Positions 1 through 10,952 of a stretch of 64,000 nucleotides of DNA are shown here, piece after piece (position 1 is the stretch's first letter; each line of letters begins with the position of its first letter). The stretch lies in contig OZ024742.1 of NCBI GenBank assembly GCA_964016885.1, positions 268,150,001 through 268,214,000 on the forward strand, read 5' to 3'. Origin of the DNA: Eledone cirrhosa (Eukaryota). Below the pieces are notes generated by a model that was not told where the DNA came from, ran no database searches, and saw only the letters and a list, made by a program, of their open reading frames with translations. The translations under genes and the position numbers were made by a program.

Positions 1-1200
1 AGTAAATGAGAGTAGGAATGTCATAAGTGAAGTAAATTCCCGAGCTGTGTCTATTATTAGGTACATTGCGGGAATTCTGAGATGGAATGTTGCTGAACAA
101 AAAGAAATGGATAGGAAGACTAGGAAGCTATTGACTATCTACAAAATGTTCCACGAGAGGAGTGATGTCGATAGACTCCACTTAAAGAGATCTGAAGGTG
201 GAAGAGGTCTTATCAGCATAGAGGACTGTGTTCAGATTGAGAAAAACAACCTGCACAAATCCGTGACCGACAGTAGGGAGCCAATGCTCAGAATTGTACT
301 GAAGGAGAGAACAATAGACCAGGGGATGTTCAATGAGGAAATAACAACAAGGAAAAAGAGCAACCTTCATGAAAAATGCCTTCATAGTACCTTCTTTGAG
401 AAAACTGAATTTAGAGATCAACAGACATGGAACTGGTTAAAAAGAGGAGACCTTAAAAAGGCTACAGAAGGATTGCTAATGGCTGCGCAAGAGCAGGCAC
501 ACAAAACGAGTGGGTGAAACACCATATTTACAAGGAGGAGGCTAGCCCACTGTGTAGGATCTGTGGAGACAGAGAGGGGACTGTGGCTCACATTGTATCC
601 GAGTGTAAACACCTAGCCCAGACTCACTACAAATACTGCAGACATGATGTGATGGGCAGGGTGATCCACTGGCACCTCTGCTAAGTAAACAATTTACCAC
701 ATTCTGAGAAGTGGTATGAGTATAAGCCAGAGTCGGGGATAAAAAACGATCAGGTGAAAGTGCTGTGGGATTTTAGGATACAGACGGATAAGAAACTGGA
801 ACACAATAGACCTGACCTGGTGGTTGTGGACAAAGAAAAAATATCGTGCCTGATTGTAGATATAGCCTGCCCATTTGAGACGAGAGTGCAAGAAAAGAGA
901 GGGAGAAAATTAACCGATACCAGGACTTAAAGTGGGATGTAAAAAGGATTTGGAACTGCCATGAAGTCAAAGTGGTCCCGATTGTTATAGGCGCACTAGG
1001 TACTATATCAAAGAGTTTCCAAGGATGGTTAAAGAAAGTTAGTCCAACCCCGCTTTTTGGAACACTTCAAAATGCATGGTTGCTGGGAACAGCAAGAACC
1101 CTCCGATACGTCCTGAATATAAATGAGGCTGCAGATAACGGCTTGATATTCATTTCAACAAACTTTCCAGATAAATAACATCAATGACTGAGACACAAAG
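1..1200 (+). mobile_element. R4/Dong-clade non-LTR retrotransposon, family A variant (A'), degenerate 3' part (thumb, CCHC, RLE, 3'UTR)
   Basis: Aligns by eye with about 4405-5600 of the intact copy. ORF fragments 47-517 and 972-1178 are separated by stops/frameshifts. Ends GACTGAGACACAAAG, then (AAC)n(AAT)n. Confidence 0.93.
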
Positions 1201-1215
1201 AACAACAACAACAAC

Positions 1216-1281
<66 letters not shown>
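1201..1281 (+). repeat. (AAC)n(AAT)n microsatellite spacer/tail
   Basis: Read directly from the sequence. Confidence 0.98.
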
Positions 1282-1292
<11 letters not shown>

Positions 1293-1895
1293 TAAAATGG
1301 CTATAAATGGAAGAAGAAGAACCCCCCCCCCCCCTCCTCTCCTCTGGCTACACTATATAGGACAGCGAAACTCACCAACACCAGAAACTAGATACACCAC
1401 CCACCCCATCATCTGTGTACACTAAACACAACAGCATTTTCACCTTCACCGCCACCGCTCACTACGGCCATCATTACCACCACTATCCCATCACCGCCGC
1501 CACCACCCCCTGACTCCTCCACTGCTGCTGCCACCGCTACAGCACCATCACTACAGTAATACGGTCGCATCACCGCCACCACTGCCTCGGTATCGACATC
1601 ACCGCCACCACTGTCTCAGTATCGCCAACGCCGCTAGTCTCTGCTGGCTACCACTTCCACATTATAGAATTCCTACTACTAACAAAGAGGAAGGCATCAA
1701 AATATATAGATAGACTCAAAAGAAAAAAGAAAAAACAAACAACAAAAGCAGCACAGCAACAACAGTAAAAAACGAGAAAAACAGAGAAAAACAAAAACAA
1801 AAAAAGAAACCCCAAAAACGTAAAGAAAATAAGAATGAAGAGAGAAGCAGGCGGACGGACAGAGAAGAGGGGGGAAAAAGTAAAACTTAAAAAAC

Positions 1896-4800
1896 AAAAA
1901 CTAAGTCAGACATTCGAATACTACATTACAATGAAACTTATGCTTATCCATTTTTGGGGCCCTTTCTGCCCGTGTGTTTGTTTGTTTATGTGTGTCCGTA
2001 TACAGCGTGGTGATAATGCCACACAAGGGCCAAGTGGGATGGCGGATCCACAGATGGCTATGTAAACATACATTCGCCAATCCTCGATAAGAGTGTTTAA
2101 ATATCGAACATAAACAGTTCGAATAACGGTGAAATGGAGACTAGAACGTCATGTGACAGACTCTCACCCAACAGGTGCCCCCTGGCTCAGCAGCAGGAAC
2201 CTGACTGTCAACGAAATACTGCTGATGTTGGAGGAAGAAGAAGAAGGAAAGGGGCCAGAACCAACTGGACGAAAGAATTGAATAGAACTGTTATGCAATG
2301 CTACCTGAAAAGTAACCCCAAGGAGAGGGGCTACAGGAGACGGATGCATAACATCTGGAACGAGATTGGTTTATTTAAATTAGATGAACAAAAATTGGCC
2401 GGGCAGGCTCGGGTAATAAGAACTAATGGGTGGATAAGCGAGCTGGAACTGGAGGAACTGAGCAGAGAGAATGGCTTGGAGATGGCGGGTGTAGTATGCC
2501 AGACAAGCGAGCCGGCGGGAAATGAAGGTGAGGAGGTCCTGAGAGCGGAGGAACCACCCGAAGCAGACAATGATCTGAATACTGAGATAAATAATACCTG
2601 GAACAGAGATACGGCCACTGAGGAGATGAATGCTGACGGGCTAGGACAAGATTCGGTTGACATCCTAAATTTAGTGGTAGATGAGTTGAACAATGATAGT
2701 GGGAGACCTATGAACCTAAGATTTGTAGACAGGAAAAAGTTAAAAGAAACAACAGCTAAGGTAAACAAAGTCATCCCATACCTTGAGGCGAGGAGTCTTC
2801 ACCAGTGCAACAATATCCTCAAAGCAACAGCAAATACGGTGAGGAAACTACTTGGTATAAAAGCGAGAGGAAACAACAGACAAGAAAGAGCAGAGCCGTG
2901 GTGGAAGAAGCGACTGAGTGGGCAAATCGGGGAAATGAGAAATGACATAGGAAAGCTTGAGTCACTACTGAATGGGACACTAAAAAACATAGGCACTAAA
3001 AATAGACTGGAAATAAAATACAAAACTAGGAGTAAAAAGCTAAATATTATCATAGAGGAATTGAAGCAACGCATTGTAGCAAAGAGTGCCAAAATCAGGC
3101 GATACGAGAACAGAGTCAGTCAGTATAAACAGAACCGCATGTTCGACAACAACCAGAAGATGCTGTTTGGACAGCTTGAGGGGAAAGAAAGAGGCACCGA
3201 CTTGATCCCTGGGGCGGAACAAGCTAAAACATTCTGGAGAGGAATATGGGAGCAGGATGTTAGACACAATGCCCAGGCAGGGTGGATTGAGACAGTACAG
3301 AGGGAGATCGGTGAGCAGGCACAGCAACAGACTGATTTGAGTATCACAGTTGAAACTCTTAAGGGGCAAGCCAAAAAACTAACCAACTGGAAATCACCAG
3401 GCCCAGATGGTGTGCAGGGGTATTGGATTAAACATTTAACATCCCTCCACCCGAAGCTGACGGCCATGTTCAATGACTGCTTGGTGTCGGGTGAGGTGCC
3501 AGAGTGGTTGACAAAAGGTACCACAGTTCTGATAATGAAAGACCGAATCAAGGGTAATGATGTTACCAACTATAGACCTATCACATGTCTGCCCGTAATG
3601 TGGAAACTGTTGACGAGCATTGTGTCTGAGGAAATCTACCATCACCTCCACACAAACAACTTGTTGCCAGACGAACAGAAAGGATGCCGAAAGAAGTCAC
3701 GTGGTACAAAGGACCAGTTGCTTATTGATAAGATGGTAATGGGGAATTGCAGGAGGAGACACACTGATCTTGCCATGGGATGGATAGACTACAGAAAGGC
3801 ATTTGACATGGTGCCTCATTCCTGGATCACCAAAAGCCTGGAGATCTTCAGGGTGGCAGATAACATCAGACAGTTGCTGGGCAGGAGTATGGGGTCCTGG
3901 GAGACAGAGTTGACATCAACTGGAGTATCCTTGGGAAGCGTGAAGATCAAGAGAGGTATCTTCCAGGGAGATAGCCTGTCCCCTCTGTTGTTTGTCCTTG
4001 CCCTGATGCCCTTGACCATTATGCTGCGAAAAGTGAGAGCAGGATACAAGTTGGGAAGGGGAGAGCTTACCATCAATCACCTCCTCTTCATGGACGATCT
4101 TAAGCTCTTCGGGAAAAGTGAGAAGGAGTTGGATGTGCTTGTTGACACTGTCCGTATTTTCAGCAGTGATATATGTATGCAGTTTGGTATTGGTAAATGT
4201 GGAGTCATTGTGATGAGGAGGGGTAGGTTGAGCAGAAGTAACGGGATCCAGATACCAACAGGTGAGATGATAAAGGAAATTGACTCTGAGGAAGGATACA
4301 AGTATTTGGGCGTTCTGGAGGCTGATGGCATAAAGAACAAAAAAATGAAGGAATTGTTAAGAACTGAATACATTCGGAGAGTAAGGAGCGTATTGAAGTC
4401 ACATCTGAACAGCAGAAATGCCATAAGCGCAGTAAATTCCCGAGCTGTGTCTATTATTAGGTACAGTGCGGGAATTCTGAGATGGAATGTTGCTGAACAA
4501 AAAGAAATGGATAGGAAGACTAGGAAGCTATTGACTATCTACAACATGTTCCACAAGAGGAGTGATGTCGATAGACTCTACCTAAGGAGATCTGAGGGTG
4601 GAAGAGGTCTTATCAGCATAGAGGACTGTGTTCAGATGGAGAAAAACAACCTATACAAATACGTGACCTATAGTAAGGAGCCAATGCTCAGAGCTGTACT
4701 GAAGGAGGGGACAGTAGGCCAGGGGATACCCAAGGAGGAAATAACATCAAGGAGGAAGAGCAGCCTTAAGGGAAAATCCCTTCATAGTACCTTCTTTGAG

Positions 4801-5600
4801 AAAACTGAATTTAGAGATCCACAGACATGGAACTGGTTGAGAAGAGGAGACCTCAAAAAGGCTACAGAAGGAATGCTAATGGCTGCGCAGGAGCAGGCCC
4901 TCAAAACGAAGTGGTTGAAGCACCATATCTACAAGGAGGAGGCTAGCCCACTGTGCAGGATCTGTGGAGAGAGAGAGGAGACTGTGGCTCACATTGTGTC
5001 CGAGTGTAAAGACCTAGCCCAGACCCACTATAAGGGCTGGAGACACGATGTGATGGGTAGGGTGATCCACTGGCACCTGTGCAAAGTAAACAATCTACCA
5101 CATTCTGAGAAATGGTATGAGCATAGGCCAGAGGCGGTGATGGAGAACAGTCAGGTGAAGGTGCTGTGGGATTTTAGGATACAGACGGACAAAAAACTGG
5201 AACACAATAGACCTGACCTGGTGGTTGTGGACAAAGAAAAAAGATCGTGCCTGATTGTGGATGTGGCCTGCCCGTTCGACACGAGAGTGCAAGAGAATGA
5301 GAGGGAGAAAATTAACCGATACCAGGACCTAAAGTGGGAGGTGAAAAGGATTTGGAACTGCCATGAAGTCAAAGTGATCCCGATTGTCATAGGCGCACTG
5401 GGGACTATCTCCAAAGGTTTCCAGGGATGGTTAAAGAAAATCGGCCCCTTCACGCTTTTTGGAACGCTTCAAAAGGCATGCTTGCTTGGAACGGCAAGAA
5501 CCCTCCGATACGTCCTGAATATCTGAGGCTGCAGGTAGTGGCTTGATATTCAATCCAACGGACTTTCCAGTTAACCAACATCAATGACTGAGATTCAAGG
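1896..5600 (+). mobile_element. Full-length, intact R4/Dong-clade element, family A
   Basis: 5' end AAAAACTAAGTCAGACATTCG matches the second full-length copy at 60782. Single long ORF, short 3'UTR ending GATTCAAGG, then (AAT)n at 5601-5653. Confidence 0.95.
2134..5526 (+). CDS. R4/Dong polyprotein: N-terminal R4-type domain, reverse transcriptase, CCHC knuckle, restriction-like (PD-D/ExK) endonuclease, 1130 aa
   Basis: Motifs KSPGPDG, NYRPITCL, WIDYRKAFDMV, GIFQGDSLSPLLF, HLLFMDD, YKYLG, CRICGEREETVAHIVSEC, RHD...RPD...VDVACP...KINRYQDL. No stops. Confidence 0.96.
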   Translation: METRTSCDRLSPNRCPLAQQQEPDCQRNTADVGGRRRRKGARTNWTKELNRTVMQCYLKSNPKERGYRRRMHNIWNEIGLFKLDEQKLAGQARVIRTNGWISELELEELSRENGLEMAGVVCQTSEPAGNEGEEVLRAEEPPEADNDLNTEINNTWNRDTATEEMNADGLGQDSVDILNLVVDELNNDSGRPMNLRFVDRKKLKETTAKVNKVIPYLEARSLHQCNNILKATANTVRKLLGIKARGNNRQERAEPWWKKRLSGQIGEMRNDIGKLESLLNGTLKNIGTKNRLEIKYKTRSKKLNIIIEELKQRIVAKSAKIRRYENRVSQYKQNRMFDNNQKMLFGQLEGKERGTDLIPGAEQAKTFWRGIWEQDVRHNAQAGWIETVQREIGEQAQQQTDLSITVETLKGQAKKLTNWKSPGPDGVQGYWIKHLTSLHPKLTAMFNDCLVSGEVPEWLTKGTTVLIMKDRIKGNDVTNYRPITCLPVMWKLLTSIVSEEIYHHLHTNNLLPDEQKGCRKKSRGTKDQLLIDKMVMGNCRRRHTDLAMGWIDYRKAFDMVPHSWITKSLEIFRVADNIRQLLGRSMGSWETELTSTGVSLGSVKIKRGIFQGDSLSPLLFVLALMPLTIMLRKVRAGYKLGRGELTINHLLFMDDLKLFGKSEKELDVLVDTVRIFSSDICMQFGIGKCGVIVMRRGRLSRSNGIQIPTGEMIKEIDSEEGYKYLGVLEADGIKNKKMKELLRTEYIRRVRSVLKSHLNSRNAISAVNSRAVSIIRYSAGILRWNVAEQKEMDRKTRKLLTIYNMFHKRSDVDRLYLRRSEGGRGLISIEDCVQMEKNNLYKYVTYSKEPMLRAVLKEGTVGQGIPKEEITSRRKSSLKGKSLHSTFFEKTEFRDPQTWNWLRRGDLKKATEGMLMAAQEQALKTKWLKHHIYKEEASPLCRICGEREETVAHIVSECKDLAQTHYKGWRHDVMGRVIHWHLCKVNNLPHSEKWYEHRPEAVMENSQVKVLWDFRIQTDKKLEHNRPDLVVVDKEKRSCLIVDVACPFDTRVQENEREKINRYQDLKWEVKRIWNCHEVKVIPIVIGALGTISKGFQGWLKKIGPFTLFGTLQKACLLGTARTLRYVLNI

Positions 5601-5613
5601 AATAACAATAACA

Positions 5614-5653
<40 letters not shown>

Positions 5654-5655
<2 letters not shown>

Positions 5656-6246
5656 CACCTAGCCCAGACCCACTATAAGGGCTGGAGACACGATGTGATG
5701 GGCAGGGTGATCCACTGGCACCTATGCAAAGTAAACAATTTACCACATTCTGAGAAATGGTATGAGCATAGGTCAGAGGCGGTGGTGGAGAACAATCAGG
5801 TGAAGGTGCTGTGGGATTTTAGGATACAGACGGACAAAAAACTGGAACACAATAGACCTGACCTGGTGGTTGTGGACAAAGAAAAAAGATCGTGTCTGAT
5901 TGTGGATGTGGCCTGCCCTTTCGACACGAGAGTGCAAGAGAAGGAGAGGGAGAAAATTAACCGATACCAGGACCTAAAGTGGGAGGTGAAAAGGATTTGG
6001 AACTGCCATGAAGTCAAAGTGATCCCGATTGTCATAGGCGCACTGGGGACTATCTCCAAAAGTTTCCAGGGATGGTTAAAGAAAATCGGCCCCTTCACGC
6101 TTTTTGGAACGCTTCAAAAGGCATGCTTGCTTGGAACAGCAAGAACCCTCCGATACGTCCTAAATATCTGAGGCTGCAGGTAGTGGCTTGATATTCATTC
6201 CAACGGACTTTCCAGTTAACCAACATCAATGACTGAGATTCAAGGA
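5654..6246 (+). mobile_element. 5'-truncated Dong-A copy (RLE domain + 3'UTR)
   Basis: Near-identical to about 5010-5600; (AAT)n on both sides. Confidence 0.95.
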
Positions 6247-6281
6247 ATAACGACAATAATAATAATAATAATAATAATAAT

Positions 6282-6815
6282 CCCATACATGAAAAATATC
6301 AGATCTCAATCCTGTGGAACTTTAGCATACAAACAGACAGAAAAATAGATGCAAATAGACCTGATATAATATTGAAGGACTTTAAAAAGAGGGTATGCCT
6401 GCTAATTGATATGTCCGTTACAATAGACAAGAATGTATCTATAAAAACATTTGAAAAATTGAACAAGTATAAGGACCTGGAGATAGAAATTGGAAAAATG
6501 TGGAAATTGAGAACTAAAACAATACCAGTGGTTGTAGGCGCTCTAGAAATGATACCTAAGGGGCCTAATGATTACTTATCGCAAATCCCACGAAACCCGC
6601 GTATAGGAGAAATACAAAAGATAGTACTAATGGGAACTGCCCATATACTGAGGAAGATTCTGTCAATATAAGTACATCACAAGTCTAAACACCTAAAGAT
6701 GCATGTGTGAATATGTATGTTTTTTCTTGAACATGGCCGACCTTGTTGTCTCTTGAGGTCACTGGTTGTGATTTGGTGATAACTCGTATGAACATAAAGC
6801 AAGATAAATGCAGCT

Positions 6816-6817
<2 letters not shown>
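6282..6817 (+). mobile_element. 5'-truncated Dong family B copy (RLE C-terminus + 3'UTR)
   Basis: ORF 6372-6671 (LLIDMSV...KYKDLEIEI...AHILRKILSI) matches the ends of 32152-32835 and 59857-60621. (AAT)n on both sides. Confidence 0.93.
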
Positions 6818-6859
<42 letters not shown>

Positions 6860-6860
<1 letters not shown>

Positions 6861-7235
6861 TTTTCTTTATTAACCACAAGGGTTTACATAAAGTAGACAT
6901 TAAGGACAGTACAGGACAATACAGGACGGTACAAATGGGCATTTCTGCGTGTAAAAAAAACATAGGATGAAATAAAATAACAAAGAAAAATTCCCCAATA
7001 GGGGGGAGACTTCCGAGGGACATTTGTGGAGAAAGCCCATTAAAAGACCACAGTGGCCCTGACCACCAGGGCAAGTGCCCTCTTCCAGTTTTCCACCTTT
7101 AATTTACAGACACATACTCAGAGAAGGCCCATTCATTCGGGCCATACTTGCTTCTCTCACCCATCTTTCAAAAACATGCTGGGAAGAGAGCACTTCCCTC
7201 TCTACCCTGATTTTCCTTTTCAAATGAAATTTGAA
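6860..7235 (-). mobile_element. Short 5'-truncated Tx1-clade copy (ORF2 end + 3'UTR)
   Basis: Near-identical to 13309-13685 and 51442-51820; flanked by (AAT)n. Confidence 0.92.
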
Positions 7236-7493
7236 TAATAATAATGATTTCTTTATTAACCACAAGGGTTTACATAAAGTAGACATTAAGGACAGCGCAG
7301 GACAATGCAGGACGGTACAAATGGGCATTTCTGCGTGTAAAAAACAAAAACAGAGGATGTAACAAAAATAACAATGAAAAATTCCCCAATAGGGGGAGAC
7401 TTCGGAGGGACATTTGTGGAGAAAGCCCAGTAAAAAGCCACAATGACCCTGACCACCAAGGCAAGTGCCCTCTCCCAGTTTTCCACCTTTAAT

Positions 7494-10400
7494 TTACAGA
7501 TATATACTCAGAGTAGGCCCATTCACTCGGGCCATTCTTGCTTCTCTCACCCATCTTTCAACAAAATGCTGGGAAGAGAGCACTTCCCTCTCTACTCTGA
7601 TTTTCCTTTTCAAATGAAATTTGAAAAAGTCAATCAGAGCATCACCGAAGGAGTAAGTGCTCGTCTTCAGCCCTTTCAAACGTGTCCACCATACTATCTC
7701 TTTCGCCATGGCCACCAGGCAGATAAAAGCTGCCTGCCCTTCCCGGCTAAAGGAGGAGGGCGGGGCAATCCTCACGATGGACTCAGATGATAGCCGGATC
7801 CGTCCTAAACGCGACAGCAGGTGTTCGACATAAACCCACAAGTCAGCAATTTTCGGACACTGGACGAGTGCGTGCAGGACGGTTTCGTCGCCCTGCGCGC
7901 ATCTCGGACATGCCCGGCTGACGGCACCTCCATGCCTGTAGAGTTTATCCCGAACTGGCAAGTCTCCTCGGTAGCACTGTCAGGCCAGAGATTTCTGGAA
8001 GTTGTCCATAGGCCCTGGCCCGAAAGTTCTTCCGAAGAGATTGGCTAGTTGATTTTCGTCGACGCCTAGAGTTTTCCCAAGTACGTCGTCGCTCTTCCCC
8101 TCCACTAATCCTCTATAGAACGCCGAGGTGGAGTTTACACCGACCACATTGCCCGATTGGTCGAGGGCTGTGAGCGCCTGAAGACATTCCAGTCTCCAGG
8201 CGCTCCCTCTCGGTCTTCGCTTGACCCAGCACTGCAGCTCCGTCAAGGAAACGAGCTGGGGAAATACGCGTCTAGCAAACGGCGACCACACCTGATCACC
8301 GTCGAGGAAGAGGTGGAGATGTCGTAGCCTGAGCGCGTGCCTGCGCATCATCAGCCACGGCATGCCCAGCCCTCCACGTAGCGGGTGTTGACAACAGATG
8401 GACCGCCTGACCATCGGAGCGCGTCCCTTCCACAAAAAGCGAAAGAGCAAACGCTCCAGCGTAGTCAGGCGAGGCTTAGGACAAGGTACGACGGTCAGGC
8501 GGTAGCAGATGACAGACGCGATGTACGCGTTAGCCACCTCCGCTCGACCTTTCAGGGATAGCTTCCTCTCCGCCCATTTTTGGGTGAGAGAAGCCACCCT
8601 GCTCGTCACCTCGTCCCAGTTTTTGTCCGTCTGGAGGGCCGGACCGAACCAGACCCCTAGCAATTTAACCGGTCCGTCCATCCAGCGTCCGACGACGCTG
8701 TTGGACGGCATGGACCTGCCTCTCCAGGTGCCGAGCTGCAGGCCCACTGACTTTTCCTGGTTGATCATTGCTCCTGTCACCGCTTCGTATTCTCTTAGTG
8801 TAGTGCCGATCGCCTCGATGTGTTTGGCGTTCGACACCACTACGATGAGATCGTCCGCATATGCTGACACGGATCTTCCGCATCCTAGTTCGCGCGGGAC
8901 GCCCCTCAATGTCTCCAGTTTGTGCAGTAATGGCTCGAGAGTCAATACGTACAAGAGGGACGAGAGGGGACATCCTTGGCGGACCGAGCGCATGATGTTG
9001 AACGGTTCCGACAGGTGACCGTTCACTCTCACTACAGAGCAGATGTCGCTGTGCATGGCAGCGATCCAGCCTCTGAAGACGGGCCCAAAGCCAGCCGCCC
9101 TCAGGACTGCCGCTAGGTAACGATGGTCGACCCTATCGAAAGCTTTCGACTGATCTAAATTGATCAAGGACCCACCCGTGCCAGGTTCCCTAGCTACCCT
9201 CTCTACGATGTATCGCATGAGGTGGAGGTTGTCGTGGATGGATCTGTCGGGAATGGCGCATGTCTGCGCCTCTCCCACCAGACCACCAACGACAAGCGCC
9301 AACCTCTTTGCTAGCACCTTGGCCAAAATCTTAAACTCTGTGTTTAGCAGAGTTATGGGCCGGAAATTGTCTATGTTATCCCCCTTGTTCGGATCCTTTC
9401 TGAGCAGTGCCACCGCTCCTCGGCTCACAGAACTGGGAATTCTCCCGTTCTGTTGCCAGTTGCAGTAGACGTCCGCCAAGAGGCCTGCGAACAAGTCTGG
9501 CATCTGTACGTAAAGTTCATAGGGCAGACCATCCAAACCAGGCGATTTACCCCTTGTGCAGCCAGTCATTGCCTCCCTTACTTCAGCGACTGTTATCGGC
9601 TTTTCGCAACACTTCGCCTCAGTGGCCGAGAGCCGCGGCACTCCGTCGAGGTAGACACTAAAGTCCATCCCTCGACCCGGCCCACCGCTGCCCCCGAACA
9701 GCTGAGCGAAGTGTCGCTGAAAAGCTTCACACATTTGCCCAGGATCGAGTAGCATTTGCCCGTCGTGGTCCACCAAAGACCGGATCGTGGCTTTGTTGCC
9801 ACGACACGACGCGCCTCCGCCACTCGGGCCCATTGAACGGCTTTCGTCCCCTCGTGTCTGAGAGCACGCACCCTTGCTCTGACAACGCAGCCTTCGTGCT
9901 TTGCATTGAAGAATTGGTCAAGGGCCAATTTCGCCGCAAGCACGTCGGTCGCAATGCCTTTGCTAAGCGCCTCGTCTAATTTTCTAACTAGTTCTCCCTC
10001 TGCTCTATTTTTCTCTATTGCTAAAGCCTTACTAAACCTAATCGATTCTATTCTAATCGCTCTTTTCAGAGCAAACCACCACTTGTTGTTGACGATGGCC
10101 CCCGTCAACGCCCGCTTAACTAGTTCGCTAATCCGGTCTCTGTGGGCCTTGCGCGCTGGTAAGGACGCGTTTAGCTTCCAGTAGCCGGGTCCTCGTCTAT
10201 GAAGCCTATCTAAGTCAAGCACACAGATCACGAATTTGTGGTCCGTGTAGCTGACTATCTTGAATTGTGGACAGCCTATGCTAGACCTATCTATTTCCCT
10301 ACAAAATACTCTATCTAGATATGATCTGGATGACCCTATGCGGTTTGTCCAAGTCCACATTGGCACATTCGGGAAATCCAATCGGTACCTGTCAGACAGT

Positions 10401-10917
10401 TCAAAACGCCTGAGCAGGTTGGTGAGGCTCTTGCACCCTCCACCCCTATCCGCTAATCCCACACAGTCCCAGCGTTCATCTAAGATCCCGTTCCAGTCGC
10501 CCACTAACACTAAAGAGCGGGACGTTCCAAGAAAGTTCTCCAGACGCCGGAAGAAATCAGGCCACCCTGCTCCTGTCGGGGCATAGACGGCCACTAGACT
10601 GAAAGCTTGCCTGTCTCCGCTGGTCACGTCCAGCACCACCAGCTTACCCTCTGGGTCCAGGAAGATGGCCCGTATGGCGAGATCCAAACCTCTCCGAAAA
10701 AGCACAGCAACTCCTCCCCCCGATCCAGGACGGCTGGGAGATGCGTACACATCGTAGCCGCCGAAGATCGGTGCGAAGGCCCGTGCTTCGGAGATTCTGG
10801 TCTCGCTGATGGCCACTACATCTATGTTTAGTGACCTGAGGTCGTTGAGCAGGTGACCCTGCTTCCATGACCACCCCAACCACGCGCATTTATGCTGCCT
10901 ATTCTGAGTGAGGTCAT
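7494..10917 (-). pseudogene. Tx1 ORF2 (APE endonuclease, RT, CCHC), disrupted
   Basis: MTSLRIGSINARG, ISET, AVYAP, VGDWN, YLDRVF, TDHK; QGCPLSSLLY, AYADD; CPRC...H...C. Frameshifts near 10880 and 9810; stop at 7980. Confidence 0.92.
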
Positions 10918-10952
10918 GTTTAAAATAGAGTGGAAAAGATGGGAAAGACCAC

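Noticed and set aside
2164-5453. Many antisense and alternative-frame ORFs over the LINEs, recurring in each copy
   Set aside because: Shadow ORFs of RT coding sequence; they recur only because the elements are repeated and show no recognisable motifs.
5584-6171. 195-aa ORF: ATG in the Dong-A 3'UTR, then poly-Ile, in frame with a stand-alone RLE domain (similar at 30121)
   Set aside because: Poly-Ile is just (ATA)n. Equivalent junctions at 6229 and 31100 are out of frame, so the in-frame cases are compatible with chance.
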